A DNA stretch of 64,000 nt from Acidobacteriota bacterium (lineage in GTDB: Bacteria; Acidobacteriota; UBA890; WLXD01), in assembly GCA_965205505.1 (NCBI GenBank), contig CBDBHB010000007.1, positions 32,001-96,000 of the forward strand. The letters are read 5' to 3'. The notes beneath the pieces were generated by a model that was given only the letters and a program-made list of their open reading frames with translations, was not told the origin of the DNA and did no database searches. Below are positions 1 through 10,153 of the stretch, piece by piece. How positions within the stretch are numbered: position 1 is the stretch's first letter; each line of letters starts with the position of its first letter. The translations under genes were made by a program, and so were the position numbers.

Positions 1-2
1 TG

Positions 3-161
<159 letters not shown>

Positions 162-172
162 CCGGAGGAGTA

Positions 173-520
173 ATGCCCGACGACTGCCTGTTTTGCCAGA
201 TTGCAGCCGGCGATCTCCCGGCCACGCTCGTTTTGCAGAACGAGCTCGCCGTAGCCTTCGAAGACGTCAACCCACAGGCGCCGATGCACGTATTGATCGT
301 GCCGCGCAAGCATATTCCGACGCTCAATGATCTCCAAGCCGAAGACCAAGCCTTGGCCGCCGGACTGCTGACAATGGCACGCGACATCGCCCGCGAGCGC
401 GGCTTTGCAGCTTCCGGCTATCGGACGGTCTTCAATTGCAACGCCGACGCAGGGCAGACGGTATTTCACCTCCATCTGCACGTGCTCGGCGGCCGCAAGC
501 TATCCTGGCCCCCCGGCTAG
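173..520 (+). CDS. HIT family nucleotide-binding protein (HinT-like)
   Basis: N-terminal CLFC and HLHLH histidine triad (GQTVFHLHLHVLGG); GGAGG RBS upstream. Confidence 0.93.
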   Translation: MPDDCLFCQIAAGDLPATLVLQNELAVAFEDVNPQAPMHVLIVPRKHIPTLNDLQAEDQALAAGLLTMARDIARERGFAASGYRTVFNCNADAGQTVFHLHLHVLGGRKLSWPPG

Positions 521-562
521 CCCTGCCGTGTCCAGGGCATCTGACGCAGCAACGAGGAGTCG

Positions 563-1300
563 ATGATCCGAGACGAGGAACACAACGGCGTGCGCTTGCT
601 GCGCATGGAGCTCGGGAGCGGCAATGCGCTTGGACCCCGGGCCGTCGAGGCGATCAGCGCAGCGTTGGACGCCGAGCAACGTCCGACCGTGCTCACGGGC
701 GAGGGCGACATCTTCTCGGCTGGCCTTGACCTGGTTGAGCTGGCCGCGTTCTCGCGTGACGAGCTGGCGGCGTTCGTCGAGAAGTTTTCGATACTCATGA
801 CCCGTACGTTGACCACACGGTACCCGCTTGTCGCCGCGGTCAATGGTCATGCCGTTGCCGGTGGCTGTGTGCTCGCCATGGCGTGCGATCGACGCATCGG
901 AACACGCGGTGACTTCAAGATCGGAATGAACGAGATGGCCATCGGACTCACCCTGCCGGCGGTTGTTACCGAGATTCTGCGCGACAAGCTCGCCTCCGAC
1001 CAAGCGCGAACCGTGATCCTGGGGGGAGCTCTCTACGCCCCGCAAGAAGCGCAGCGGGCGGGCCTGCTCGACACTGTCGCCGACAGCGCCGACCAGGCCG
1101 TCGATAGAGCCTGTGAGATAGCCCGCGACCTCGGCAAGTCGCTGGCTGAGTTCGCTACCATGAAGGGCAGCCTCACCGCTCCGATCATGGAGCGTTTTCA
1201 GCAAACGCGCACCGCGCTCGACCGGCGTTTCATCGACTCGTGGTTTGCTCCACCGGCCACGGAGCTACGCGAGAAGATGCTCGAGCGATTGCAGCACTAG
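563..1300 (+). CDS. Enoyl-CoA hydratase/isomerase family protein
   Basis: Crotonase motifs FSAGLDL and AAVNGHAVAGG...LAMACD...GMNE. Confidence 0.9.
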   Translation: MIRDEEHNGVRLLRMELGSGNALGPRAVEAISAALDAEQRPTVLTGEGDIFSAGLDLVELAAFSRDELAAFVEKFSILMTRTLTTRYPLVAAVNGHAVAGGCVLAMACDRRIGTRGDFKIGMNEMAIGLTLPAVVTEILRDKLASDQARTVILGGALYAPQEAQRAGLLDTVADSADQAVDRACEIARDLGKSLAEFATMKGSLTAPIMERFQQTRTALDRRFIDSWFAPPATELREKMLERLQH

Positions 1301-1336
1301 CGTCCATCGCTATGTCGCAACCGGTTGCCTTCGAGC

Positions 1337-2014
1337 TCATTCTGCCCTCGGTGAGACCGGCGTCACAGCGGCGGCGCAAGCCCACACCCGACGCGCACCG
1401 GCCGCGCGCAAGCAACGCACCGCGGCGCGCATCGTCGCCCCGGTCGTAATAACGTCATGCACGAGCACCACATGCCGTGGGCACCCGCGCTGCCGATAAC
1501 GGCGAGCAACGCCGAAGGAATCACGCGTGTTGTGTTCGCGGGCCACCGCTCCACGGCCAACCTGCGGCGCCGTCGGACGAGTGCGGCGTAGTAGCGTACG
1601 CAGCCGCGCCCTCGGCCACGCGTGCGCGAGCCCGCCAGCGATGGCCTGGGCCTGGTTGTGTCCACGAGCCCACTGACGCCGCCAGTGCAGAGGCATTGGA
1701 ACCACAGTGACCGTGCCCGCAGGAAACGACTCGAGCAAGGGGGTCATGGCGCGCCCGAATCGTCGTCCGATGGAAACATACCCGTGGAACTTCAAGGCCC
1801 GAACGAGCGACCGGCACGGCCCTGCGTACACCAGCAGCCCGCGGGCCGGATGTCCCCCGCCCAGATCGAGATGCTGATGACAGCGACGCAAAGCCGCTGC
1901 GCAACGCGAGCACAGAAAAGGCGCCCACGGGTTCCGCGAGGCCGGCGCGTCGCAATGGTGGCAACGCGGCGGCAGAAGGCCGTCGACAAGCGCTCCGAAC
2001 ACCCCGCCCAACAT
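1337..2014 (-). CDS. ComF family protein (zinc ribbon + phosphoribosyltransferase-like domain)
   Basis: LLPPRCxxC...LCxxC, VPMPLH...RGHNQA, VLVHDVITTGAT. Confidence 0.85.
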   Translation of the reverse strand: MLGGVFGALVDGLLPPRCHHCDAPASRNPWAPFLCSRCAAALRRCHQHLDLGGGHPARGLLVYAGPCRSLVRALKFHGYVSIGRRFGRAMTPLLESFPAGTVTVVPMPLHWRRQWARGHNQAQAIAGGLAHAWPRARLRTLLRRTRPTAPQVGRGAVAREHNTRDSFGVARRYRQRGCPRHVVLVHDVITTGATMRAAVRCLRAAGARRVWACAAAVTPVSPRAE

Positions 2015-2080
2015 AGTTGGGTGAGATGGTCACCAGGATGATGGATCGCAGGAAGTGCGGACCGAGCTCCACCGCATCGC

Positions 2081-2437
2081 TCAGCGGGTCGCCGCTTCTT
2101 TGCGCTCCTGACATTCGATACAGAGGGCGGCCCAGGGAATTGCCTTCAGGCGGGTCTCGGTAATTTTCTCGCCACACTCCTCGCAATCGCCGTAGTCGCC
2201 GTTGTCTATACGCTCCAAGGCAGCATCGATCAGCAACAGCCGGGCGCGATCGTTCTCCGAGAGACTGTAGTTGAACTCCTGCGCATACAGTTCGGTAGCG
2301 GTATCGGCGAGGTCCAACGGGCCATCCTCGCTGCTATTGCGGCGCTGCGTCTCCGTCGATCGCTTGAACGCCGTCGCCAGCTCACGCCGACGCTCATCGA
2401 GCAGGGCGCGGAGCCTTTTCTTCAGAACAGCTCTCAT
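2081..2437 (-). CDS. DksA/TraR C4-type zinc finger protein
   Basis: DLADTA coiled-coil tip and YGDCEECGEKI...RLKAIPWAALCIEC. Confidence 0.92.
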   Translation of the reverse strand: MRAVLKKRLRALLDERRRELATAFKRSTETQRRNSSEDGPLDLADTATELYAQEFNYSLSENDRARLLLIDAALERIDNGDYGDCEECGEKITETRLKAIPWAALCIECQERKEAATR

Positions 2438-2452
2438 GACTGCTTAACTCTG

Positions 2453-2932
2453 CTAGCGGTCGTAGGGATGGCCGTGAATGATCGTCATGGCGCGATAGAC
2501 CTGCTCCGCCAATAAAAGCCGGGCCATGTCGTGCGGGACGGTCATCGGCGACAAGCTGACTAACCAGTCTGCCCGTTCGCGGACCGTAGAGAATAGTCCA
2601 TCGGGCCCACCGACGACAAACACCACCGATCGCGCGTCTTCGAAGCACTGGCGGCGGATCAATTCGGCGAACTCGCGCGATGTCATCAGTTTTCCGCCCG
2701 CATCTAGGGCGGCCACCCACGCGGGCTCGAGCTGCCGAATGTGCGACAAGACACGACGGCCTTCGCGCTCCAACCGGTGTCGTTTGGAGTAGCGGCCATC
2801 CTGACGCTCTTCGGCAACGGCAACGATCCGACAGTCGCGATAGCGTTCGATGCGGCCGACGTAGTCAGCAACGCCCGCGACAGCATAGGCGGCCTTGGTC
2901 TTGCCGACCCAACAGAACGAGAGCGTCCTCAC
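2453..2932 (-). CDS. rlmH: 23S rRNA pseudouridine-1915 N3-methyltransferase
   Basis: SPOUT motif FVVGGPDG...SLSPMTVPH...LLAEQVYRA...GHPY; next to rsfS. Confidence 0.93.
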   Translation of the reverse strand: MRTLSFCWVGKTKAAYAVAGVADYVGRIERYRDCRIVAVAEERQDGRYSKRHRLEREGRRVLSHIRQLEPAWVAALDAGGKLMTSREFAELIRRQCFEDARSVVFVVGGPDGLFSTVRERADWLVSLSPMTVPHDMARLLLAEQVYRAMTIIHGHPYDR

Positions 2933-3330
2933 GCCTCGCCGGACGGCTCAGCGGGGACCCACTCCAGCAGGGGCGCGTCGCGCCAGAGTCGCTCGAGCTG
3001 ATAAAAGTCCCGCGACGCCGGCACGAAGATGTTCACGATCAAATCGATGTAGTCGAGCAGCACCCAGCTCGCTTCCGACCGACCTTCGATGTGGTTCGGC
3101 TTGGCGCCCTGACCACGAAGACGCTCGCCTACTGCATCGCAGAGCGCCTGTACATGTGGGGCGCTACGACCGCTGGTGATGATCATGTAGTCAGTGAAGC
3201 TCGATGTCTCCCGCATATCCAGCACGACGCTTCGTTCGGCCTTGTGTTCGTCGAGCACTGCCAATGCCTCGGCGATGATCGGCGGCAAAGCCTTGTCGAA
3301 CCGCCCATTCTGCAGTTCCGACTCGGGCAT
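2929..3330 (-). CDS. rsfS: Ribosomal silencing factor
   Basis: KA...D...TDYMII...HIEG...WVLLDY...FYQLERLW; conserved nadD-rsfS-rlmH order. Confidence 0.93.
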   Translation of the reverse strand: MPESELQNGRFDKALPPIIAEALAVLDEHKAERSVVLDMRETSSFTDYMIITSGRSAPHVQALCDAVGERLRGQGAKPNHIEGRSEASWVLLDYIDLIVNIFVPASRDFYQLERLWRDAPLLEWVPAEPSGEA

Positions 3331-4016
3331 CAGGTCACTGCTGCGGTGGCCACGGCGCTGGCCGCGTAAAGTTCATGCGTGTGGATGTAACGCTCGACCT
3401 CGCTCGTGACGCGATAGCGGACGCTCTCACCTGCCCGCGCCCGACGGCGAATCTCGGTCGACGACAGGTCGAAGTGAACCGCATCCGATAGATATATACG
3501 CAGATCGTTCGGATCGACGTCGGCCGCAGCGTCCCCGCGTGTGTCGGTCAACCGAGTATGGACCGACTCCGGGAGTACCTCGCGCACGCGATCGAAGCTG
3601 TTGTTGGGCCTCGATACAACGATGAAGCTGCAAGCTTCCAGCAGCGCTGCGCTCTCCTTCCAGGTCTCGATTTGCAGGAAGGAGTCCAATCCCGCAACGA
3701 AGAACAAGCGCGTGTCCGCGCCGAGCTCATCGCTGAGCGCCCGCACCGTGTCGATGCTGTAACTCTTGCCGGGCCGATTGACCTCGAGAGCCGATGGCGA
3801 GAAAGCCGGATTCTGGAGCGTGGCGGCTACCACCATCGCGTAGCGATGCGTCGCCGCGGCCAGATCGGGCCGCTCTTTGTGCGGTGGTTCGTTGCAAGGT
3901 ACGAACAACACCTCGCCGAGCGCGAACTGTTCGCGAATCGTCTCGGCAAGGAGCAGATGCCCGAGATGCGGCGGATCAAACGTACCACCGAAGACGCCGA
4001 CGCGCCGTTGTGTCAA
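3330..4016 (-). CDS. nadD: Nicotinate-nucleotide adenylyltransferase
   Basis: FGGTFDPPHLGH, PPHK, SYSIDT, LSSTEIR. Confidence 0.95.
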   Translation of the reverse strand: MTQRRVGVFGGTFDPPHLGHLLLAETIREQFALGEVLFVPCNEPPHKERPDLAAATHRYAMVVAATLQNPAFSPSALEVNRPGKSYSIDTVRALSDELGADTRLFFVAGLDSFLQIETWKESAALLEACSFIVVSRPNNSFDRVREVLPESVHTRLTDTRGDAAADVDPNDLRIYLSDAVHFDLSSTEIRRRARAGESVRYRVTSEVERYIHTHELYAASAVATAAVT

Positions 4017-5068
4017 TCCTCTTCCCTCCTGTCATCGGCGGTTTCCGCAGCAGCACAGACGCCATTTTCCGCCGCGTCGCGCTCGGTCTGTGCGCGGATC
4101 CAGTCAACGAGCGCTTCGAGGCCCATCTTCTCGGCAGCCGAGATCTCACAGTAGGCGATCTGCTCGTCTTCGGCGAGCTGTCGAAGCCGCGTAACGCCCT
4201 CCAGGGGTGGCTCGAGGTCGATTTTGTTGGCAACCAGAATGCGCGGGCGATCGAGCAGATCCTCTCGGTACAACCGGAGCTCGTCGCACAACTCACGATA
4301 ATGGTCCGATGGTGCACCCTCCGAGCTCGCCGCATCAACCAGGATGACCAACGCTCGCGTCCGCTCGATATGGCGCAGAAACGTCAACCCTAGGCCCTCG
4401 CCGCGATGGGCGCCGCCGATCAAGCCGGGAACGTCGGCAATCACGACGCGATTCCAATCTCCGGTATCCAAGACACCGAGGTTGGGCTCGAGCGTGGTGA
4501 ACGGATACGCGCCAACCTTGCCCCGCGAGTCGGTCAATGAGCGTAGCAATGTCGTCTTGCCGGCATTCGGGCGGCCGACCAGCCCGATCGCTGCGATGAG
4601 CTTGAGCTCGAGACGCAGCGCGCGGCGCTCTCCGGGCGATCCGGGGTGGGCGAATCGCGGTGCCTGCCGCGTCGCGGTGGCGAAGCGCGCGTTGCCACGG
4701 CCGCCGCGACCGCCGCAGGCGACGCGAAATCGTTGCTGAAGCCGGTCGAGGTCAACTAGCAGCTCGCCGCTAACGTCGTCATATACCTCCGTACCTGGTG
4801 GCAGGGGAATCTCGACGTCGCTGCCACCGCGCCCATGCTTGTCGCTCCCTCGGCCGTGCGCCCCGCGCGACGACTTGAACAGCTGGCCTCGCCGCAGGTG
4901 GCCGAGATGGTTGTATCCATCGTCGCAGACGAGCCACACGTCACCGCCGTCACCGCCGTCGCCGCCGTTCGGACCCCCGTACGGCACGTACTTCTCACGC
5001 CGAAAGGAAACGCACCCCCGACCGCCGTCACCAGACTGGACGTTAATGCGGACGAGGTCACGAAGCAT
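4013..5068 (-). CDS. obgE: GTPase ObgE/CgtA
   Basis: Gly-rich Obg domain FRREKYVPYGGPNGGDGG; GRPNAGKT, YPFTTLEPNLG, DVPG, NKID. Confidence 0.96.
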   Translation of the reverse strand: MLRDLVRINVQSGDGGRGCVSFRREKYVPYGGPNGGDGGDGGDVWLVCDDGYNHLGHLRRGQLFKSSRGAHGRGSDKHGRGGSDVEIPLPPGTEVYDDVSGELLVDLDRLQQRFRVACGGRGGRGNARFATATRQAPRFAHPGSPGERRALRLELKLIAAIGLVGRPNAGKTTLLRSLTDSRGKVGAYPFTTLEPNLGVLDTGDWNRVVIADVPGLIGGAHRGEGLGLTFLRHIERTRALVILVDAASSEGAPSDHYRELCDELRLYREDLLDRPRILVANKIDLEPPLEGVTRLRQLAEDEQIAYCEISAAEKMGLEALVDWIRAQTERDAAENGVCAAAETADDRREED

Positions 5069-5130
5069 CGGGTTACCATCGGCTTCCCGGAACAGAACAC
5101 TCGAACCGCCAACCAGAGCGTACGCCCGGC

Positions 5131-5388
5131 TCAGGCCTCGGGGAGGACGGAAACGAACTTCCCGCGGTGGCCTTTGTTCTGGAACTTGACGTACCCATCG
5201 GCGGTCGCGAAGAGAGTGTCATCGCGACCCCGGCCGACGTTTGTCCCGGGCTTGTAAGGCGTCCCGCGCTGTCGAATCAGAATCGACCCGCCGGTAACGA
5301 ACTGCCCACCGAATCGCTTCACGCCCAGCCGCTGAGCGTTGCTGTCGCGACCGTTTCGACTGCTGCCCTGCCCCTTCTTATGTGCCAT
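5131..5388 (-). CDS. rpmA: 50S ribosomal protein L27
   Basis: [16 protein letters not shown]. Confidence 0.98.
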   Translation of the reverse strand: MAHKKGQGSSRNGRDSNAQRLGVKRFGGQFVTGGSILIRQRGTPYKPGTNVGRGRDDTLFATADGYVKFQNKGHRGKFVSVLPEA

Positions 5389-5392
5389 TTTT

Positions 5393-6118
5393 CTATCCCT
5401 CTCGTCCGCCGGCGAGTCGATCCCGGAGCTCCTTGAGGTCGTCCCAGCGTTCCTCGGCCGCCAGGGCTGCCTGCTCCGGCCAGGTCGTCGGATCGTGAGA
5501 ACGGAGGCGGCCGCCAGCTGCCTCGAGAATCGCCCGAAGCGCCGTTTCGTCGGAGCCAGCGAGGTCGACGAACGTAGCGACTCCGGCGTCCTTCAACACG
5601 CTCTCGATCTTCGGTCCGATGCCTTCGATTCGCTTCAGGTTATCGTCGCCGGGCGACGCGTGCTCGGCAGCAGGCTTCTTGGCAGCGGCCTTCTTCGCCG
5701 GCTTTGCTTCGGCAGCGGGCTTCTTGGCAACCGTCTGTTTCGCCGGCTCCTCTTTGGCGGCGGGCTTCTTGGCGGCCGCTTTCTTGGCCGCCGACTTCTC
5801 GCCGCGGGGCAGCACGATGTCATCGATCTGCAGGGCCGTATACGCCTGCCGGTGCCCGATCTTGCGCCGGTAGCCTTTACGACGCTTCTTCTTGAACGCC
5901 AGCAGCTTCTGCCCGCGACCGACCTCCACCACTGTCGCTTCGACGCTGGCACCGTCGACTACCGGGGTACCAATGTGCACCTGATCATCCGCTGTCACCA
6001 GGCTGACGGCATCGATCGACACTTTGGCGCCGACCTCGTCGCCGAGAAGCTCGACGCGCACGACATCACCCTTGGCTACTCGATACTGTTTTCCACCGGT
6101 GTTGATGACGGCGTACAT
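5393..6118 (-). CDS. rplU: 50S ribosomal protein L21 with Lys/Ala/Pro linker and C-terminal helix-hairpin-helix-like domain
   Basis: [12 protein letters not shown]...GHRQ; extension with PAAKK repeats and [14 protein letters not shown]. Confidence 0.95.
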   Translation of the reverse strand: MYAVINTGGKQYRVAKGDVVRVELLGDEVGAKVSIDAVSLVTADDQVHIGTPVVDGASVEATVVEVGRGQKLLAFKKKRRKGYRRKIGHRQAYTALQIDDIVLPRGEKSAAKKAAAKKPAAKEEPAKQTVAKKPAAEAKPAKKAAAKKPAAEHASPGDDNLKRIEGIGPKIESVLKDAGVATFVDLAGSDETALRAILEAAGGRLRSHDPTTWPEQAALAAEERWDDLKELRDRLAGGREG

Positions 6119-6274
6119 CTGACCAAATCCGATCTTGGGCCGGGAGGAAGCCTGGCTGGGAAGACTCGATAGGCGGCCGGAAAGCGCTTGCGGGGGCGCA
6201 AGCCGATCCCGCCAGGAGAGCTAATCCGCCCCGGCGCGACTGCGGGCGCGCAGGGTACTGAGCCGCAAGCGCTC

Positions 6275-6280
6275 ATTGTA
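6275..6280 (-). promoter_or_regulatory. Putative -10 box (TACAAT) for the rplU-rpmA-obgE operon
   Basis: ATTGTA on + strand = TACAAT on - strand, ~155 nt upstream of rplU in a GC-rich background. Confidence 0.5.
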
Positions 6281-6375
6281 GGGCGAGTCGCGGCCGGCGG
6301 GCAAGCCGCCCGGCGGCCGCGCAGTGTCCGGACCGGGCCGTCAGCAGGCGGGCACGTACAACCACGAGCGACCCG

Positions 6376-7158
6376 CTACTTTTCGTCGCCCCCCATGGCG
6401 AGGCGCTCCAGCGTGCGCTCACGCGCCTCGAGCTTCTCGAAATGACGGTTCAGCTCGCTGATCTGGTCCTGAAGAGAGTCCATGCCGAGGCGTGCATACG
6501 AGAGTTCGTAGACCAGGTTGTGGAGCAGGTGCAGCTGCGTCTCATGACGTCCCTCGAGCTGACCGGTCATCTCCGACAGGTGCCCGCCGACCCAGTCGCC
6601 TGTGCGATCGATCCGCTGGTCCAGGGAGTCTCGGACTGCGGCGACTCGCCGCAACTCGTTCGACTGCTCGTTCAACTGCTGGGTCAGCCATTGGTCCTGT
6701 CGACGCATCTCGTCGAGCACCCGCACGAGCACATGCTCGAGGTTACTCGACGTCCGGAGAACTGGGCGGAGCAGGCGCCGCAGCAGGCCCACTAGGCGAC
6801 CCTTCGAACCTGCGCTTCCAGACGTATAGAGGTCGTGGGCCGGGTTGATGTCTGCCGACGGGGCAGGCTCCAGGTCGGCGTGGGTCACCGATGGCGCAGC
6901 GTCGTCAGGCGGGCGCACCGGCACCGAGCCAGGCGGCGGCTTCACCGACGGCAACCTGACGCGCACCTGCGGCATCTCTTCGAGCACGCCGTGCGGCAAA
7001 TGATGGCGTTCTAAACGCGGGCGCAGCGCGGCGCGGCGTAGCAGTTCCAGTTCGCCCTCGGTGTAGCGCGTGCCCGTTTTCTCTGCGATCCGCGCTTCGA
7101 CCTGGGCTTCGAGCGCCTCTACGTCGATCTCCGGATCATCGATCCTGAAGCGACCCAA
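6376..7158 (-). CDS. Hypothetical coiled-coil protein
   Basis: 260-aa ORF, TTG start with GGAGG RBS, heptad-rich C-terminal half, downstream of the Omp85 gene. Confidence 0.75.
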   Translation of the reverse strand: MGRFRIDDPEIDVEALEAQVEARIAEKTGTRYTEGELELLRRAALRPRLERHHLPHGVLEEMPQVRVRLPSVKPPPGSVPVRPPDDAAPSVTHADLEPAPSADINPAHDLYTSGSAGSKGRLVGLLRRLLRPVLRTSSNLEHVLVRVLDEMRRQDQWLTQQLNEQSNELRRVAAVRDSLDQRIDRTGDWVGGHLSEMTGQLEGRHETQLHLLHNLVYELSYARLGMDSLQDQISELNRHFEKLEARERTLERLAMGGDEK

Positions 7159-7174
7159 GCTTGTCCTCCGCCGG

Positions 7175-10153
7175 TCAGAACAACGGACCGAGGTAAAACT
7201 GGAAGTCCGGGCCGCCGAAGAAATCCTTGCCGTTCGTGCGCTGGGCCCAGAAGAACCACAACGGCAGGCCCATCAGGTTGATGTTGAGCCCGACCCCGAC
7301 TGAGCCCCGAGCATCCGCCAGACGGCCGTTCTCAAACAGCTGGAAGTCGTCATCCTTGAACCAAGCCCCACCGACGTCGGCAAAAATCAGGCCGCGAACG
7401 TTGCGCAGAGCCATCTGACCGCCACGCGCCTCGTAAATCAGCGGGAAGCGGTACTCGAGGTTCACCAGGAAAGCGCGGTTGCCGGAGAAGCGCAGGTAAT
7501 CGTAGCCGCGTAACTGATTCAGACCACCCACGAAGAAAACGGTCGGATGTTCCCCGAAGCTACCCGAACCCCAGAGCCGCACCGCGAACTGGCTGTCCTT
7601 GGTTACCTGGAAGTACTGCCGGATGTCGATCTCGGCGTTGTAGAACCTCAAGCTTCCGACCGCCGGCGATGTCTCGAATCCAAAGCTGACCCGGCGTCCG
7701 GCATATGGCCCGTACTCCTTGAATCGTGCCTTGTCGCCGATCAATTTGATGCCGATCGGCATGTAGGTGCCGCTGTGGAAATTGTCGGCGAACGTCGACA
7801 GGCTTCCACCGGTGCCCTCGAGCAGGAAGGTCGACGGTATGTAGTCGCGGTCGTAGTACCCGACCGAGAACTCGGTGCGCCAGTCGCGGCTGAACGGGTA
7901 ATCGGCGAATAGCTCGCCGCCATCCAGTCCGAAGATCGAGTTGCGATCCAGAGTGCCGTTCGCCGGGTCGAACGTGAAGAAAAACGATCGCTGGCTGGTT
8001 GCCAGTGCACCCCAGTTCCAGCGTTTCGACTGGTTTCGATAGACACCCGTGTAGTTGCGATGACTCTGTATCGAGCCGAGAATCGCCGTAATGCTGTGGT
8101 TGCCGAGCAGATCTTGGAGCTCGATGTACGTATTGGCGAGCACCGTGCCGCCAGCAATACCGCTGGAGTAGCCGCCAGCGACCTGGATGCGGGAAATGTG
8201 CCAGCCGCCGCCGGTCGACTGCGTGCGATTCTGATCGCTAAGCTCGACGTCGGCGATCGCGGCGGCCTCCATCTCCAGCCGGTCGATCTCTTCGTCCGGC
8301 AGTGCCTCGTCTATGGCGACGAACTGCTCTACCGCCTCGGGTAGCTCCATAGTGTAGAGCTCGTACGTTCCATCTCCGTAGTTGCTGAACAGGAGGCTGT
8401 TGGTGTCTGGCAGCTCTTGGGGGAAGAACGTGCCGTGGAGAATATTCGTATATCGGAAAACGGTCTCGGACGCGAGCTCGATCGAGTACAGGTTGTGCTC
8501 GCCGGTTCGATCGGAGACGAAGTACACCCGTGAGCCATCTCTCGAGAAGCTCGGCTGCGTGTCGTTGTAGCGGCCGAACGTCAGCTGCACACGCTCCTGC
8601 GGCCGCGCCAGGTCGATCCGGAAGAGTTTCTTGGCGCCTAGTACGTGTGAGGCGAACACGATGCTCCGACCGTCCGGCGACCAGACCGGCGCGTAGTCGT
8701 AGAACTCATCCTGCGTCAGGTTGTCCAGCGTGTCGTTCGACGGGTCATACAGATAGATGTCGCGTACGCCGTTGCGGTGGGCACCGAAGACGACGCGGCC
8801 ATCCGGCGCGATGCTCGGTGAAAGTGCCTGGTCAAGCTCGGTTTTGAACTTCTTGCGCACCTTGCCGTTCTCGGCATCGATCAAGAAAAGCGTGCGTGTC
8901 GGGGGGGTGCGGGCGAAGAACGCGATGGTGCTGCCGTCCGGCGACCATGACAGATCGTTGCCTGCCTGGAAACCAACCGTCACGCCCTGACCGACTACGT
9001 ACTCGAACTCTCCCTGACGGCCCCCGGTCAGGTTGCGTATCGGTCGACCCGTGGCCAGGTCGAAGGTAAAGGCCTCGATCTGCAGCGTTTTCTTGTTGAG
9101 GGTGATCGCCGCGAAACTGTCACCATCGGGCGACACCACCGGGCTGAACGCCAACTGCCGGTCTTGGAAGGGCACGTCGCCCATCACGTTGCGTGCGAAA
9201 TCGGGCGCCTCCTGGCGGTCGAGCACGTTCGGCAAATAGCGCTCGCGCAACCAGGCACGAAACTCGTTGTTGAACTCCTGCGGCGTGATGTTGAAGGCAC
9301 GCTCGAGATCGCGCTCTATATCCTGCCCGAGATCGCGCCGCACCTCGGCCAGGAAGATCCGCATTCCTTCGTCGCCGTACTCCTCCTCGATGTAGTGCCA
9401 AACGACCTCGCCGAGCACGTAGTCGGTGAAGAAACTGCGATTGTGGGTCATCTGGACAAGCGTCGGAATGTCGTCGGAGAGCACGACATCGCGCAGCATC
9501 ATCTCGTCGAGCGATGTCAGGTCGTCCGATACGTACTCGGCAAAACCCTCCATCACCCAGCCCGGAGGCGACGCGCGCATCGCGGCACCGAGGCGATTAC
9601 CGAAGAAGTAGTCGAACTCGAACAGGTGAGTCACTTCATGGACGATGAGCTTGTGCAATGCGTCGGGTGGATCATCCACCGGAAGCACCAACCGATTCTC
9701 GGTGGGCTCAGCAAACGCCGCCACGCCTTCCGGCAGGAAGAACGGCAGGATGTGCGTCTGCTGAAAGTCCTGGTGGGTCTGGTAGAAAATGATCGGCATC
9801 CGCACCGACATCTGATGGTTCATCTTGCGAGCGACGCGCTGGTAAGCATCCTCGGCGAACGCCACCACGTCGTCGAGATGCTGCTCTTCTTCGGGGTAGT
9901 AGTAGACGTCGAAGTGAGGCGCCGTGTACTTCCAGAAGTCGAACGTCTCGTAGGTGACCTTGTTTCTGCCGAAGTAGCTGCTGTAGGGAGTGTTGATCAT
10001 CTGTCCCGCGGCTTGCGGGGCCAGAGTGACCAACAGGCCCAAGGCGAGCACCGCGGTGACCATGGCGCGCGCCAGGGGCCGCGACGTAGCGCTCGAGAGA
10101 AACTGGCTGTGGGCCTTCGGAGTAGGCATGGCGAAGAGCCTCCCTGTGGTCAA
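7175..10153 (-). CDS. Outer-membrane protein: peptidase MA-like (HEXXH) domain + TolB-like PD40 propeller + Omp85/BamA-type barrel
   Basis: Signal peptide; HEVTH...WVMEGFAEY; repeated WSPDG/FSRDG; GGLNQLRGY, LEYRFPL and LIFADVG barrel motifs; C-terminal Phe. Confidence 0.85.
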   Translation of the reverse strand: MTTGRLFAMPTPKAHSQFLSSATSRPLARAMVTAVLALGLLVTLAPQAAGQMINTPYSSYFGRNKVTYETFDFWKYTAPHFDVYYYPEEEQHLDDVVAFAEDAYQRVARKMNHQMSVRMPIIFYQTHQDFQQTHILPFFLPEGVAAFAEPTENRLVLPVDDPPDALHKLIVHEVTHLFEFDYFFGNRLGAAMRASPPGWVMEGFAEYVSDDLTSLDEMMLRDVVLSDDIPTLVQMTHNRSFFTDYVLGEVVWHYIEEEYGDEGMRIFLAEVRRDLGQDIERDLERAFNITPQEFNNEFRAWLRERYLPNVLDRQEAPDFARNVMGDVPFQDRQLAFSPVVSPDGDSFAAITLNKKTLQIEAFTFDLATGRPIRNLTGGRQGEFEYVVGQGVTVGFQAGNDLSWSPDGSTIAFFARTPPTRTLFLIDAENGKVRKKFKTELDQALSPSIAPDGRVVFGAHRNGVRDIYLYDPSNDTLDNLTQDEFYDYAPVWSPDGRSIVFASHVLGAKKLFRIDLARPQERVQLTFGRYNDTQPSFSRDGSRVYFVSDRTGEHNLYSIELASETVFRYTNILHGTFFPQELPDTNSLLFSNYGDGTYELYTMELPEAVEQFVAIDEALPDEEIDRLEMEAAAIADVELSDQNRTQSTGGGWHISRIQVAGGYSSGIAGGTVLANTYIELQDLLGNHSITAILGSIQSHRNYTGVYRNQSKRWNWGALATSQRSFFFTFDPANGTLDRNSIFGLDGGELFADYPFSRDWRTEFSVGYYDRDYIPSTFLLEGTGGSLSTFADNFHSGTYMPIGIKLIGDKARFKEYGPYAGRRVSFGFETSPAVGSLRFYNAEIDIRQYFQVTKDSQFAVRLWGSGSFGEHPTVFFVGGLNQLRGYDYLRFSGNRAFLVNLEYRFPLIYEARGGQMALRNVRGLIFADVGGAWFKDDDFQLFENGRLADARGSVGVGLNINLMGLPLWFFWAQRTNGKDFFGGPDFQFYLGPLF

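Noticed and set aside
6195-6235. GGGCGGATTAGCTC on the - strand resembles a tRNA 5' end
   Set aside because: No T-arm (GTTCRA), anticodon arm or acceptor end follows
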